Positions 53,710-64,000 are shown, counted from the first letter of the stretch. The stretch: DNA of 64,000 nucleotides from Vulcanimicrobiota bacterium (GCA_963752765.1 CAVVZD010000003.1:220040-284039), one strand, 5' to 3'. Notes: a model not told the origin generated them from the sequence alone. Program-made: numbers and translations.

Positions 53710-56700
53710 AACTCATCAAAATCAAGTCTTTCGGCTTCAAAACCTTCGCCGAGCCGACAACGCTGGAATTCGGTCCCGGCATCACGGCGGTCGTCGGACC
53801 CAACGGTTCGGGCAAATCAAATCTGGTCGACGCGTTTCGCTGGGTGCTCGGCGAGACGTCGAGCAAGAGCCTGCGCGGCGGCAAACTCGAAGACGTCATC
53901 TTCGCCGGTAACGACAAACGCAAGCCGTTGGGGATGGCCGAAGTTGCGATTCTGTTTGATAACAGCGACCGAAAGCTGCCGATTGAATTTAGCGAAGTGG
54001 AAATCACCCGGCGCGCGTACCGTGCCGGCGAGAGCGAGTACTTCATCAATCGCAGCCAGGTTCGGCTGCGCGACGTGCACGAGCTCCTCATGGGTACGGG
54101 CCTCGGCCCCGATTCGTACGCAATCGTGTCGCAAGGGCAGATCGACGCGATCCTCACGAGCAAGCCCACCGAAAGGCGCGCGCTGTTTGAGGAGACCGCC
54201 GGAATCAGCAAATTCTTGGCGCGCAAGAACGAGTCGTTGCGCCGTCTCGAACAAACCGAGCAGAATGCTATTCGCATTAGCGATCTCATCGCAGAGCTGG
54301 AGCGGCGAATCCCTGAACTCGAGACGCAAGTGCGCCGCGCGAAACGCTATCGCAAGGTCAGTTCGCGCGTTCGCGACCTTGAAATATTGGGCTACATTCG
54401 CGCCAGCACTTCCCGTCGGGCCGAGCGCGAAACGCTTCGCGCGTCGCTCGAGCGCAACGAGGAGCAGCGCAGCATCGCGGCGGCGAAAGCGGCTTCGCTG
54501 GGCGCGGCGCTAAGCGAGCTCCGAACGCTCGCCTATCGCCACGACCTGCAACTCGAAGAGCTACGCTCGAAGGCGCAGACCGAGCGTGCGGAGCTGGCCC
54601 GCATCGAAGCCGATTATGCGGCAGTGCTCGCGCGGCGCGAGGCGCTGGAGCGGCAGTCGACACAGACATCCGAAGATGCGGCTCGCGCCCAACAAGAACG
54701 CGAGTCGCTCAGCGAAACGATTGACGCGCTCGACGAGCGGCTGCAGCCGCTGATGCTCGAAGTCGATCGCGCACGCGAGAGCGAGCTCGGCGCGCAAACC
54801 GAGCTGGCAAAAGCGCGCGCGCAGCTGGACGCGATCTTCACTGCTCTTCGGGAAGCAGAAGCCGGGGCAGCTGAGGTTGCCGCACAAAAGGCCGAACGGC
54901 GCGTGATTGCGGAGAATTTGCGACTCGAAGCTGAACGACTCGACGGCGAAGCGCGTGTCGCGCGCGAACACGCTTCGAAAGCAGAGATCGCTGCGGGAGG
55001 GGCTTCGCATCGTCACGGCGAGCGTGAACGCGAGCTCGCGGCGTTGGAAGAGCGTTTGCTCGATGCGCGCGGCCGTTTGGAAGACGCCGAGCGTGAAGCG
55101 ACGATCGCTGCGGAGGATTTGGCAGCGGCCGTCACCGCGCATCGAGATCATACGGCGGAGGTTAAAGGCGCCGAATCGCGTTTGCATACCATCGAAGAGC
55201 TGGAGAACTCGCTGGAGGGACACGTTCCCGGAACGCGCGCGGTGGTAGAAGCGTGGCAACGCGGCGACCTCGGCGGCATTGAAGGCATCGTTTCGAATCT
55301 GATTGAGACAGACGAACGCTATGCGCGCGCCATGGACGTCGCCTTCGGTGCCCGCCTCTCCAATGTCGTGACGAGTACGTCGGAAGCTGCAGAGCGCGCG
55401 ATCGAATTTTTGAACCGCCGGGAAGCGGGGCGCGCGACATTCTTGCCGCTGGACACGCTGGCGAGCCGTGAAGGCCGCCAACTTCCGGCCGAGCTGAAGG
55501 GCGCGACGGGCATCATCGGCTACGCGCACACCCTAGTTCGAGCCAAGCCGCAGTATCGCGGCATCGTGAACTTCCTCGTTGGAAACGTTTTGATCGTGGA
55601 TACGTTGCAAACCGGCATCGCTCTCGTGCGGTCACGCGGCTTCCGCGACACCGTCGTGACGCTAACCGGCGAGCAAATTACCGGAGGCGGCGCGATCACC
55701 GGCGGGCGGTTCCATCGGGAGCGTTCGATTCTTTCGCGGCGCGCCCAGGCACAGATGCTGCGCGAGGCGTTGACCGGCATGCACGTCAAGCTCTCCGAAG
55801 CGGAACGTAACGTACAGCGGGCGCAAACGCGCGCCGACAATGCAATTGCGGCTCGCGAAGCGGCACGGGAAGCACTTGCCAAGGTCGAGCTTCAAATGGC
55901 ACAGACGCGAGCCGAAATGGCGGCGCTGTCGTTGGACTCACAGCGTATGCGAGCGGAGCTCGAGGCAGCCAAAGCGCGGGTGGCCGATCTGGACGAAAAA
56001 GCTCGTCGAGCGCGCGAGCTGGAACGCGACTACGAACGCGACGAACCGGCGTCGACGCAACGCGATGCTATGCGGGTGCGCCTCGAAGCAGACCTCGCGC
56101 GCGCTCGTGAAGACATCGCTGCGTCGGAAGCGGCGCAGATGAAGGCTAGCGCGCGCGCAGCGGACTTGCGCGAGCGAGTTGCGGCGATGACGGCCGAGCG
56201 CGATGCGGCGCGAGCTCGTCTGGGCATGCTCGATCAGAATAGCGAGCGTGCACAAGCGGCACGCGAACGAATGCTCGCCGAAATCGCAACGTTAGCCGAG
56301 CAGACTCGATCCACGCATGCCCGTGTCGAAGGTTTGCGGCGCGGCATTAGTGACGTGGACGCAGCTCTCGACGCGGCTCGGCGCGAGCGAGACGCGCTTG
56401 GCGATCGTCAGCTCCACTGCGAATCGGACGTTCGATTGGCCGAAAACGAAGAACGGGAAACCGCCGCGAGCGGCGAGCGCGTTCGCATGAGACTGGCCGA
56501 AATCGAAGCGGAGCTCGGAATGCTCGTAACGCAGTTCGCGCAAAATCCGGCCTCGGATCCTGAATGCCGCGACGTCGAGGCTCGTTATGAGAGCGAAGAC
56601 GATGCCGTGGTGAACGAGCTTCCGCGTTTACGTGAGGAACTCGCGCGTTTGGCGGCCAACGTCAATCTCAACGCAGAAGCAGAACGCGACGACGTTGCCG

Positions 56701-57272
56701 AGCGCGAGGGTTTCTTACGCGCCCAGCTTGACGATCTTGCAAGAGCTCGAGAAACGCTGCTGGAATCGATCGGCGAGATCGAGCGGCAAACGCAGGCACA
56801 GTTTAACGAGACCTTTGAGAAAGTTTCGTCGGCCTTTTCCGATACGTACGCACGCCTCTTCGCCGGCGGTCAGGCAAAAATGTGGCAAACGGATCCCGGG
56901 AATCTTTCCGAAACGGGCATCGAGATCGCCGTACAGCCGCCGGGAAAGAAACAGATGCCGCTGCCCGCGTTATCTGGCGGCGAACGTGCCATGACCGCTG
57001 CGGCACTTATTTTTGCCTTGATGTCGGTTCGGCCGTCGCCTTTCTATCTGCTCGACGAGGTTGACGCCGCGCTCGACGACGCCAATGTCGAACGTTTCTC
57101 GGAGATGGTCCAAAGTTTCGCATCCGGCTCGCAGATGATCATCGTGACGCACAACAAGAAGACCATGGAGATGGCCGATCGGATCTATGGCGTCACCATG
57201 GCCGAGGCCGGCGTTAGTTCGGTCGTTTCGGCTGAACTCGCCAAGCGGGAGCCGGAGCTCGCGCTTGCCTGA
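53706..57272 (+). CDS. smc: chromosome segregation protein SMC
   Basis: Walker A GPNGSGKSN, long coiled coils, a hinge (GIEGIVSNLIETDERYARAMDVAFG), signature LSGGERAMTA, and Walker B FYLLDEVDAALD. Confidence 0.95.
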   Translation: MKLIKIKSFGFKTFAEPTTLEFGPGITAVVGPNGSGKSNLVDAFRWVLGETSSKSLRGGKLEDVIFAGNDKRKPLGMAEVAILFDNSDRKLPIEFSEVEITRRAYRAGESEYFINRSQVRLRDVHELLMGTGLGPDSYAIVSQGQIDAILTSKPTERRALFEETAGISKFLARKNESLRRLEQTEQNAIRISDLIAELERRIPELETQVRRAKRYRKVSSRVRDLEILGYIRASTSRRAERETLRASLERNEEQRSIAAAKAASLGAALSELRTLAYRHDLQLEELRSKAQTERAELARIEADYAAVLARREALERQSTQTSEDAARAQQERESLSETIDALDERLQPLMLEVDRARESELGAQTELAKARAQLDAIFTALREAEAGAAEVAAQKAERRVIAENLRLEAERLDGEARVAREHASKAEIAAGGASHRHGERERELAALEERLLDARGRLEDAEREATIAAEDLAAAVTAHRDHTAEVKGAESRLHTIEELENSLEGHVPGTRAVVEAWQRGDLGGIEGIVSNLIETDERYARAMDVAFGARLSNVVTSTSEAAERAIEFLNRREAGRATFLPLDTLASREGRQLPAELKGATGIIGYAHTLVRAKPQYRGIVNFLVGNVLIVDTLQTGIALVRSRGFRDTVVTLTGEQITGGGAITGGRFHRERSILSRRAQAQMLREALTGMHVKLSEAERNVQRAQTRADNAIAAREAAREALAKVELQMAQTRAEMAALSLDSQRMRAELEAAKARVADLDEKARRARELERDYERDEPASTQRDAMRVRLEADLARAREDIAASEAAQMKASARAADLRERVAAMTAERDAARARLGMLDQNSERAQAARERMLAEIATLAEQTRSTHARVEGLRRGISDVDAALDAARRERDALGDRQLHCESDVRLAENEERETAASGERVRMRLAEIEAELGMLVTQFAQNPASDPECRDVEARYESEDDAVVNELPRLREELARLAANVNLNAEAERDDVAEREGFLRAQLDDLARARETLLESIGEIERQTQAQFNETFEKVSSAFSDTYARLFAGGQAKMWQTDPGNLSETGIEIAVQPPGKKQMPLPALSGGERAMTAAALIFALMSVRPSPFYLLDEVDAALDDANVERFSEMVQSFASGSQMIIVTHNKKTMEMADRIYGVTMAEAGVSSVVSAELAKREPELALA

Positions 57273-58827
57273 AGCTGCGCTCTTTTCGCTTTCGGATAAG
57301 AGCGGAGCGGATGAGTTAGCGCGGGCGTTGCATCAGCGAGGCACACTGATCTACGCCACCGGCGGCACGAAAACGTTTTTGGAAGAGCGCGGCATACCGG
57401 CGCGCGACGTCGGAGATCTCACAGGTTTTCCCCCACTCTTCGGCGGGAGGGTGAAAACGCTCCATCCCAAGGTCTTTGGATCGATACTCTACGATCGCGA
57501 AGACGCCGAACATCGAGCGGAAGCGACAAAGCACGACATTCCTTCGATCGCGGCAGTCGCGGTCAATTTGTATCCCTTTGAAGCGACCGTCGCGCGCGAG
57601 GGCACGTCGCTCGAGGAAGCCATCGAGCAGATCGACATCGGCGGGGTCGCACTCGTCCGTGCCGCCGCGAAGAATTTTGCACACGTCGCCGTCCTTACGC
57701 ACCCGTCGCAGTACGTGGAGTACGTTGCTGCACTGGAAAACGGCAAATCGAATCTGGCCTTGCGTCGTAAGTTTGCGATCGCGGCCTTTGAGCGCACCGC
57801 CGAATACGACGCAGCGATTGCCCATTATCTCGCCACGGCGGGCGAGGTATTGCCGAGCGAGCTGCCGGGTGCGCTCGCGCTGACGCTACCACTGGTCAAG
57901 CGGCTGAGATATGGCACCAATCCTCAGGAACGAGCGGCATTCTATCTGGAACGTCCCGATCGTCTACCGGAACAGCTGCACGGAAAATCGTTGAGCTACA
58001 ACAATCTGCTCGATTTGGACGCGACGCTGCGTCTTCTTTCGCGCGCCCCCTTGGGGGCGGAGTTCGGCAGCGAGCGCGAGCGGTTCGTGCGCGCTGCGGT
58101 GGTCAAGCACACGGTGCCGTGCGGCGTCGCCCAGCGGTCAAGCGTTGCGGTCGCCGTGCGAGACGCTCTCGACGCCGACGCCATTTCTGCCTACGGTGGG
58201 ATCGTTGCTACGGACGCCCCGATCGATCGCGATGCGGCGCAGCATTTGGTTCAATTTTTCTTGGAGATCGTAGCGGCTCCGGATTTCGATTCCGATGCGC
58301 TCGAAATTCTCAAGAAAAGAAAGAACCTTCGCGTCATGCGTTTTCGCCGTGCGCTGCCCGACGAGCTTGCTCGCGAGCTGCGGCTGCGCAGTGCGCTCGG
58401 GGGCGTGCTGGCCGAGGACGATGACCCTGCGGCGCCGGCCGAGCAGTGGCGCGTCGTGAGCCGGCGTCGTCCAACCCCCCAGCAATGGCACGACCTCGCG
58501 TTCGCTTGGGACGTCGTGCGCCACGTCAAGAGCAACGGGATCGTAATCGTTAAAGGTGGCACGACGCGCGGCATTTGCGCGGGGCAAACCAATCGCGTCA
58601 GCGCGGTCGAGATCGCAGCCCATCGCGCGGGGGAAGGGGCGCGTGAAGCGGCGTGTGCCAGCGATGGTTATTTCCCGTTCGCTGATGGTCTCGAGGCGGC
58701 TGCAGCAGGCGGATGCAGCGCGATTATCGCGCCGGGCGGCTCGATTCGTGACGAGGAGGTCATTGCCGCCGCCGACCGTCTTGGCGTCACGCTCGTTTTT
58801 TCCACGTACCGCTACTTCTTGCATTAG
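57265..58827 (+). CDS. purH: bifunctional IMP cyclohydrolase / AICAR transformylase
   Basis: MGS-like N-terminus (ALFSLSDKSG...IYATGGT) and an AICARFT domain ending YRYFLH. The start is assigned to TTG 57265, overlapping the smc stop. Confidence 0.92.
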   Translation: MPEAALFSLSDKSGADELARALHQRGTLIYATGGTKTFLEERGIPARDVGDLTGFPPLFGGRVKTLHPKVFGSILYDREDAEHRAEATKHDIPSIAAVAVNLYPFEATVAREGTSLEEAIEQIDIGGVALVRAAAKNFAHVAVLTHPSQYVEYVAALENGKSNLALRRKFAIAAFERTAEYDAAIAHYLATAGEVLPSELPGALALTLPLVKRLRYGTNPQERAAFYLERPDRLPEQLHGKSLSYNNLLDLDATLRLLSRAPLGAEFGSERERFVRAAVVKHTVPCGVAQRSSVAVAVRDALDADAISAYGGIVATDAPIDRDAAQHLVQFFLEIVAAPDFDSDALEILKKRKNLRVMRFRRALPDELARELRLRSALGGVLAEDDDPAAPAEQWRVVSRRRPTPQQWHDLAFAWDVVRHVKSNGIVIVKGGTTRGICAGQTNRVSAVEIAAHRAGEGAREAACASDGYFPFADGLEAAAAGGCSAIIAPGGSIRDEEVIAAADRLGVTLVFSTYRYFLH

Positions 58828-59537
58828 GCGTCAAGCGGCGGTTGTTCGGTCGCGAGGATGACGCGATAGCCGATCGTTCCGCCCGCAATGTCGACGAGCG
58901 AGTGCAATGCGATCGGCCAAAGAAGCGATCCGGTTGACACATAGATGAGGCTGAAGACCAGTCCGGCAAGAGCAGTTTTTGTGATCCCCCGCCTTCCTTG
59001 ATAGGCATGACCGGCCCCAAAGAGCACCGCCCCGCCGACTACCGCTCCCGCAAGCGTCAAAAACGTCGATGCCACCGCGAGGAAGTAACCGCGATAGAGA
59101 AGCTCTTCGCAGATCCCGGCGGTCAACGAGAGTGCAAGAAACAAACGATACTCGGCGCGGGTTCGTGGCAGCACCGCAAGCGTGCGGCCGAAGCTCGCGT
59201 GCAGCTGTGAGAGCCGCTCCGGCGGCGTGCGCTTTGCACTGCGCAGCTGATACGCGATAAATGCGAGCGCGAGCGCGCATAGCGCAGCGCCTGCGACCGA
59301 CCGCGCGTCGAGCGGCATGACGAGTCCTAGGCGAACGAAGGGCCGTCCCAATCGCCACCACAAGAACAGCATCGTCAACGCGACCAGCCACCACGAGAGT
59401 ATGGTACGACCGTACGCGCGGCTGCGGCTGCCCATGGCACCGCGAGCGATGCGAAGGCCGGCGTAATAGGAATACGCCGGAGCCACTCCCACGAGCGCGA
59501 CGAGCAGGATAGTATCCGCGAGCGCAAGATGAAGCAT
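58824..59537 (-). CDS. CPBP-family intramembrane glutamic endopeptidase (CAAX protease-like)
   Basis: CEELLYRGY and FGAGHAY motifs, a distal H...D, and multiple TM helices. The start is set at ATG 59537. Confidence 0.8.
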   Translation of the reverse strand: MLHLALADTILLVALVGVAPAYSYYAGLRIARGAMGSRSRAYGRTILSWWLVALTMLFLWWRLGRPFVRLGLVMPLDARSVAGAALCALALAFIAYQLRSAKRTPPERLSQLHASFGRTLAVLPRTRAEYRLFLALSLTAGICEELLYRGYFLAVASTFLTLAGAVVGGAVLFGAGHAYQGRRGITKTALAGLVFSLIYVSTGSLLWPIALHSLVDIAGGTIGYRVILATEQPPLDA

Positions 59538-59579
59538 CAAAGGTTGCTCAACGCAGTTCTCCTGGAGGATTGGCCGAAC

Positions 59580-59987
59580 ATGCCGCGCTTTTTGCACACC
59601 TCGGTCTTCGTCAACGACATGAGTGAATCGATCGCCTTTTACACGGAAAAACTTGGATTGAAACTACTGGGCGGACCGCATCACTATCCCGGGAATGCCG
59701 ATATGGCGTTTGTCGGCAACGATTGGAACGCGTACATCGAGCTCGTGTACGATTTGGAAGAACATCCGTCGTATGAGATCGGGAATCGCTACGAGCATCT
59801 CGCCGTCGAAGTCGAGGGAGACCTGCGCGCGTATGTCGAGGGACTCAAGGCCAAAGGCGTGAAGGTCGTTAAGGACGTGAAAAAGTCACCCGGTGGAAAC
59901 CGCGCAATCGCCTTCGTCGAGGATCCCAACGGTATTCCCGTCGAGCTGTTGGAGCCGCAACGCAGCGATAGGCCAAGCAAGCCTTAG
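59580..59987 (+). CDS. VOC-family protein (glyoxalase I-like)
   Basis: FLHTSVFVNDMSESIAFYTEKLGLK...YEHLAVEV...GIPVELLE. The start is set at ATG 59580. Confidence 0.8.
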   Translation: MPRFLHTSVFVNDMSESIAFYTEKLGLKLLGGPHHYPGNADMAFVGNDWNAYIELVYDLEEHPSYEIGNRYEHLAVEVEGDLRAYVEGLKAKGVKVVKDVKKSPGGNRAIAFVEDPNGIPVELLEPQRSDRPSKP

Positions 59988-61117
59988 CGATAGACGAAGG
60001 GATCGCTCGGAGCTTCGATTCGAGCGATCGTTTGAGGCAAAAGACAGAGTTGACCGTTGCGATCGATGACGACGCCGTTCGCGCGTACCCATGTGTCTGC
60101 GTTAAACGGTAACGGGGCAGCCAGTCGAATCACGACGGGCGCTGCGTCGGCGCGACAGCACGTAATAGCATAGCGAACCAGAGCGTCATGGCCGCTATCG
60201 CGCGCAAGCTTGCCGGTAAAGGTTAGGCGTTCGCCGGGAAAGAGATCGGCTACGGTTGTTTCGGTTGCGCGATAGCTCGGCGGAAACCCGCTTGCGAGCG
60301 CGGCAAGCAGCACGATTGCCGGCGCAAAGAAGCGCGCACGTTCGCGACGGTAACGCAGACCGAGAATCCCCGCAAGCACCGCGCAGAAGCTGAGGACAAC
60401 GCTGAATTTCGGATGAACCAGCGTGTCTCCGTGGCGTAGGGCGACGATTGCAAGCGAAAGAGCAAGCAGTGCGTACGAAATCGCATCGTTTTCACGCCGC
60501 TGATGCGCGCAACGGATGCCGAACGTGCGAATGTCGGCGATCCCCGCGACGCAGAGATACGCCGCGGCGGAAACTGGTGCGCGAGCGTGCAGCGCGCTTG
60601 CCACGGCAATGGCTCCAATGCCGCATGGAGCAGCAGCACCGAGAAGCAAACCGGCGAGCAGCTCTCCGACCACGGTGAAATGAGCGAAGTCAACGCGCGC
60701 CAGCAGCTGCGTTACGGCGCCGGCGAGAAGTGCGGATGGCAAGAGCGTTTCGAGCGCACCGAGCAAAGGCGGCCGCGCTTGCGCCACGGAGTTCCGTGCT
60801 CCACGTGCTCTGTACAACACGATGCCAAGCGCCATTGCGGCGCCCAAGCGCGCCATGGCGACGAGCGGACCAAAGACGAACCAAGCGGCGGCGGTCGCGG
60901 GCAACGATCGAGCCGATGGTCCCGTCCCGCACCCGCAGCCGAGAAGAGCAACCCAATCGCAGCGAGCGTTGAACATCTCGCCGACCCAAAGGCTTGCGAT
61001 CAGAAATGGCGTCGATTCGAGCAGCACGCCGGCGGCGGCCGCAACAACCCCGTCGATCGCGATGCCGCACGTCGCGGCGCCGATAACGAGCGCCAATGCG
61101 TAAAGCGCGGGCCGCAC
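59984..61117 (-). CDS. fused membrane protein: reduced UPF0718-type permease module plus TIGR03943/DUF1980-like C-terminal module
   Basis: N-terminal polytopic part with LLGCGCGTGP and AAPCGIG. The C-terminal part has VRYAITCCRADAAPVVIRL, the CC-x-A-D motif I associate with DUF1980. Confidence 0.6.
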   Translation of the reverse strand: MRPALYALALVIGAATCGIAIDGVVAAAAGVLLESTPFLIASLWVGEMFNARCDWVALLGCGCGTGPSARSLPATAAAWFVFGPLVAMARLGAAMALGIVLYRARGARNSVAQARPPLLGALETLLPSALLAGAVTQLLARVDFAHFTVVGELLAGLLLGAAAPCGIGAIAVASALHARAPVSAAAYLCVAGIADIRTFGIRCAHQRRENDAISYALLALSLAIVALRHGDTLVHPKFSVVLSFCAVLAGILGLRYRRERARFFAPAIVLLAALASGFPPSYRATETTVADLFPGERLTFTGKLARDSGHDALVRYAITCCRADAAPVVIRLAAPLPFNADTWVRANGVVIDRNGQLCLLPQTIARIEAPSDPFVYR

Positions 61118-61147
61118 AAAGCACGATCACGCGCCCCCGACGAAAGA

Positions 61148-63169
61148 TCAAGGCGTCGCGGGCGCGCGTGCAGACTCCCCCCTGCGGCTCGACGCTGGGC
61201 TCGCTTCTAACAACAGCGCGAACGCGTACAACGCTGCGACGACGAAGAGCAGACTTCGATAGCCGATGACCAGTGAGGCATACTCCATGACGCCGCCGGC
61301 CATCGCGCCGAGAAGATTCGCGCCGAAGGCGACGGTCGACGCAGAAACGTCGCGGAAGCGCTGGGCGAAGATGAGATTCGCGAGAAACACCGGGCCGAAC
61401 GCCAGACTGACGGCGCCGGCCAGTCGCCAAGGGAAAGCGAGCGCAAGCAACGTCTCGGGCGCGACCGCCCAAGCCAAAGCGATGGTCGCAAACAATGCGA
61501 CGTACAGCACGTTACGCTGCGGCAGCCGATAGCGGCACGCCACCTCAACCGCCGCAAGGACGGCCAGCAGGATGCCAAAGAAAACGAGCGCGTTGACGAA
61601 CCACGTCGCCCCAAAGAGCAGCGCGAACTGCACGACATTCTTGGTTTCCAACAATAAAAAGGCGGCGCCCATAAAGAACAGGTCGAGGTATCGGCGCATC
61701 TGCGCCAGCGGGCCGGCGGTCAAGCGAACGAGCACAAGCGACACGACCAGGATCAAGCCGAGGGTGACGAGGTACAGCGGCGGAATCGAGGGGTTTCGCA
61801 GGTACGGAAACGGGCGATCGTCGCCTACCGGCGGGGGAACGCTTTGTGCGCTTGGGTGCCAGAGCGTCGCGCACGCGATGTTCCTGGGCTCGACCGCGAC
61901 GGTGAGCACCGCCGCGGTTCCGCCTCCGGGAATCGTGTCGACGCACGGCGGATGGCCGTACACAAGGGTCAGCGTATTGGCAAAGCGATCGAGGAGCCAA
62001 TTTTCGCGATAGTAGTTGTACATCGAGAAGACGCCGTCGCTTCGTAAGTGCGCGCGAGCCTCGCGCATCGCGTCGGTCGTAAAAAGATAGCTCTCCAATC
62101 GAAGCGACGCTTGCCCCGAGACAACGGTTAGTGAGTCGGGCAGTGCGAACAGGATCAGATCGTATTGATCTCGGCTGCGCTGCAAGAAGGCGCGGCCATC
62201 ATCGATATGCACGGAGACGCGTGGGTCTTGATACGGTCGATCCGGGTTGAGGCGGCGCCCGATCTGATAGATGCGCGGGTCGATTTCGACGGCGTCCACG
62301 TGTCGCGCGCCCGCCCTCAGCGCCATGGCGGCGTCGATGCCGTTACCGGCGCCGATGATGAGAACGTCGTCGAACGGGTTGGAGCGGATGCGTTCGTATG
62401 GGATTTCGTAGAACAACCCTTTTGCGTCGGTTAGCGGTACGATGATTTGATGAAGAACCCCGTTGACCTCGACGGCGATCCAGTTCGGCTGGCGCTGCTC
62501 GCGGAACACACCGATCTTGTAGTACGGCGACCAGCTAAAATGCGGATCGAGCGATTCTTTCCCCAGCATAGCGACGAGCGCGATACATGCCGCAACGGTC
62601 AGCAGTCGCCACGGTCGCGCGCAGAGTGCTAAGAACGCCGCGCAGACGACCAAGCCCCAAACGATCGGAGGCGACCCAAGAAACGAAAGGAGCGTGAAGG
62701 CCGCGATGCCGGCAAGGCTGCCTAAGATGTCAAGCCGGTAGGCCTGCAGCGGCTCGAAGCGCACGAACGTACGTGCTACGCCTTGTGCGATGCACGCCAT
62801 CACCATGGCAACGGCAACGAAGATTGCAGGCAACGCGACCCAGATCGGCAGCCCGCTCGTCCGTCCTGGTGAAAAATAGATGAGCTGGCTTCCCGAGCGG
62901 TCGATCGTTATGGGAAAGACGAGCACGAGTCCGACGAGAAGCGCGAGCAGTACGGCGGTCCATTCGAACGCATCGAAGCGAGCTTTAGCGCGTAAGAAGC
63001 CGATCCCGATGCCGAGAAAGCTTCCCATCAGGACGAAGTTAGAAAAATACGACAGGTAGATGACGTTCGAGCCGAGCCAGCGGATCAAGACCAGCTCGGC
63101 GAAAAGCATCAGAAAACTCAAGGCGACAAGACGCCTCTGGTCGGAACGCATTCTAGGCAAGTACGGCAA
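61148..63169 (-). CDS. membrane-embedded spermidine synthase-like (polyamine aminopropyltransferase family) protein
   Basis: Multiple TM helices flank a methyltransferase-fold core (VLIIGAGNGIDAAMAL...VDAVEIDPRI...VHIDDGRAFL...YDLILFALPDS). Confidence 0.8.
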   Translation of the reverse strand: MPYLPRMRSDQRRLVALSFLMLFAELVLIRWLGSNVIYLSYFSNFVLMGSFLGIGIGFLRAKARFDAFEWTAVLLALLVGLVLVFPITIDRSGSQLIYFSPGRTSGLPIWVALPAIFVAVAMVMACIAQGVARTFVRFEPLQAYRLDILGSLAGIAAFTLLSFLGSPPIVWGLVVCAAFLALCARPWRLLTVAACIALVAMLGKESLDPHFSWSPYYKIGVFREQRQPNWIAVEVNGVLHQIIVPLTDAKGLFYEIPYERIRSNPFDDVLIIGAGNGIDAAMALRAGARHVDAVEIDPRIYQIGRRLNPDRPYQDPRVSVHIDDGRAFLQRSRDQYDLILFALPDSLTVVSGQASLRLESYLFTTDAMREARAHLRSDGVFSMYNYYRENWLLDRFANTLTLVYGHPPCVDTIPGGGTAAVLTVAVEPRNIACATLWHPSAQSVPPPVGDDRPFPYLRNPSIPPLYLVTLGLILVVSLVLVRLTAGPLAQMRRYLDLFFMGAAFLLLETKNVVQFALLFGATWFVNALVFFGILLAVLAAVEVACRYRLPQRNVLYVALFATIALAWAVAPETLLALAFPWRLAGAVSLAFGPVFLANLIFAQRFRDVSASTVAFGANLLGAMAGGVMEYASLVIGYRSLLFVVAALYAFALLLEASPASSRRGESARAPATP

Positions 63170-63205
63170 GAATAACGGCGCCCCTTGCGAAGCAGGTCGA
63201 GCCTA

Positions 63206-64000
63206 TGTCAAAGTTCGGTGCGCCTCGCGGCACGCAAGATGTCATTCCGCCCGATTCGGCGCGCTGGACGGCGCTCGAGGCACGCATTCACGCGCTGGCG
63301 CAACGATTCGGCTATGGTGAAATCCGCACGCCGATCTTCGAATCCACCGATCTTTTCGTGCGTACCGTTGGAGAGACAACCGACATCGTCGAAAAAGAGA
63401 TGTACACGTTCACCGATCGCGGCGAGCGCAGCCTGACGTTACGCCCCGAATGGACGGCGCCCGTCGTGCGCGCAGCCCTCGAACAACATCTCTTTTCGCA
63501 GGGCCCGTTGCGCTTGTATTACATCGGACCGATTTTTCGCTACGAGCGTCCACAAAAGGGGCGCTATCGACAATCGCATCAGTTCGGCGTCGAGTGCTTC
63601 GGATTTACCGGAGCCGAGGCCGACGTGGAGGTCATATCGCTGGCTTGGGAGCTGGTGCGCGACTACGGAATAACCGATGCGCAGCTGAACCTGAACTCGA
63701 TCGGCGACGAAGCCTGCCGTCCGCGTTACCGTCAGGCGCTGCTGGCGCACTTCCGCGCGCACCTCGCGGCGCTCAGTGAGGACTCACGCAGACGCTTGGA
63801 GCGCAACCCTTTGCGGCTGCTCGATAGCAAAGATCCGGCCGACGCCGCCTTTATCGAGACGGCGCCGACCTTTGAATCCGTCTTGTGCGAACCATGTCGC
63901 GAGCACTTTGAAACGGTCAAAACCTACCTGCGACTTGTCGAGATACCATTTACGATCAATCCGCGCATCGTTCGCGGTCTCGACTATTACAATCGCACCG
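63206..64000 (+). CDS. hisS: histidine--tRNA ligase, 5' part (runs off window; absent from ORF track)
   Basis: Own translation from ATG 63206: MSKFGAPRGTQDVIPPDSARW...GYGEIRTPIFESTDLFVRTVGETTDIVEKEMYTFTDRGERSLTLRPEWTAPVVR. These are class II HisS motifs. Open to base 64000. Confidence 0.9.

Noticed and set aside
54561-55529. 322-aa minus-strand ORF inside smc
   Set aside because: It is antisense to the SMC coiled-coil region. It is R-rich and has no independent support.
1-64000. Scan for rRNA, tRNA, CRISPR arrays, IS elements, transposases, integrases, prophage genes and toxin-antitoxin pairs
   Set aside because: I recognised none by eye. Intergenic gaps are short (mostly under 250 nt) and none shows a cloverleaf-like or spaced direct-repeat structure. 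A tRNAscan/Infernal run would be needed to be definitive.

Overview
GC-rich bacterial chromosomal window covering the replication-initiation neighbourhood of an organism with outer-membrane biogenesis genes. All calls come from reading the sequence and ORF translations by eye; no HMM or BLAST searches were run. Minus strand, 0-15.7 kb: dnaA-dnaN-recF-DUF721(DciA-like)-gyrB continues without a strand change into tamB-bamA-skp-skp-like. A cluster of DnaA boxes, including one perfect TTATCCACA, plus an AT-rich tract lies upstream of dnaA at 15.74-16.03 kb. A weaker box cluster lies between dnaA and dnaN. Next come an orphan proteasome-fold-like gene, rpmA (with a Firmicute-type propeptide), obg, nadD, a ybhGFSR-like ABC exporter, maf-mreC-mreD-mrdA, and a 1080-aa repeat protein without a signal peptide. 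These are followed by an aminotransferase, three Cys-rich lipoproteins and two small charged repeat proteins coupled to trpS. Further on are thiD-thiE and the classical block parB-parA-(cca, flp)-rsmG-mnmG-(hdeD-like, secreted ORF)-mnmE-jag-yidC-yidD-rnpA-rpmH, all on the minus strand. The right end carries a metallophosphoesterase, ldcA, fabF-rnc-smc-purH, a CPBP protease, a VOC protein, a fused permease, a membrane spermidine-synthase-like protein and the 5' part of hisS. I recognised no rRNA, tRNA, CRISPR array, transposase or integrase. The best candidates for something new are: (1) the orphan Ntn/proteasome-like protein next to a propeptide-bearing L27; (2) the module of small repeat proteins and Cys-rich lipoproteins translationally coupled to trpS; (3) the cytoplasmic-looking DUF11-type repeat giant with its HEAT-like membrane partner; (4) three housekeeping genes (mreC, parA, mnmG) whose conserved N-termini lie upstream of any ATG/GTG/TTG; (5) an orphan Flp pilin missed by the ORF track.
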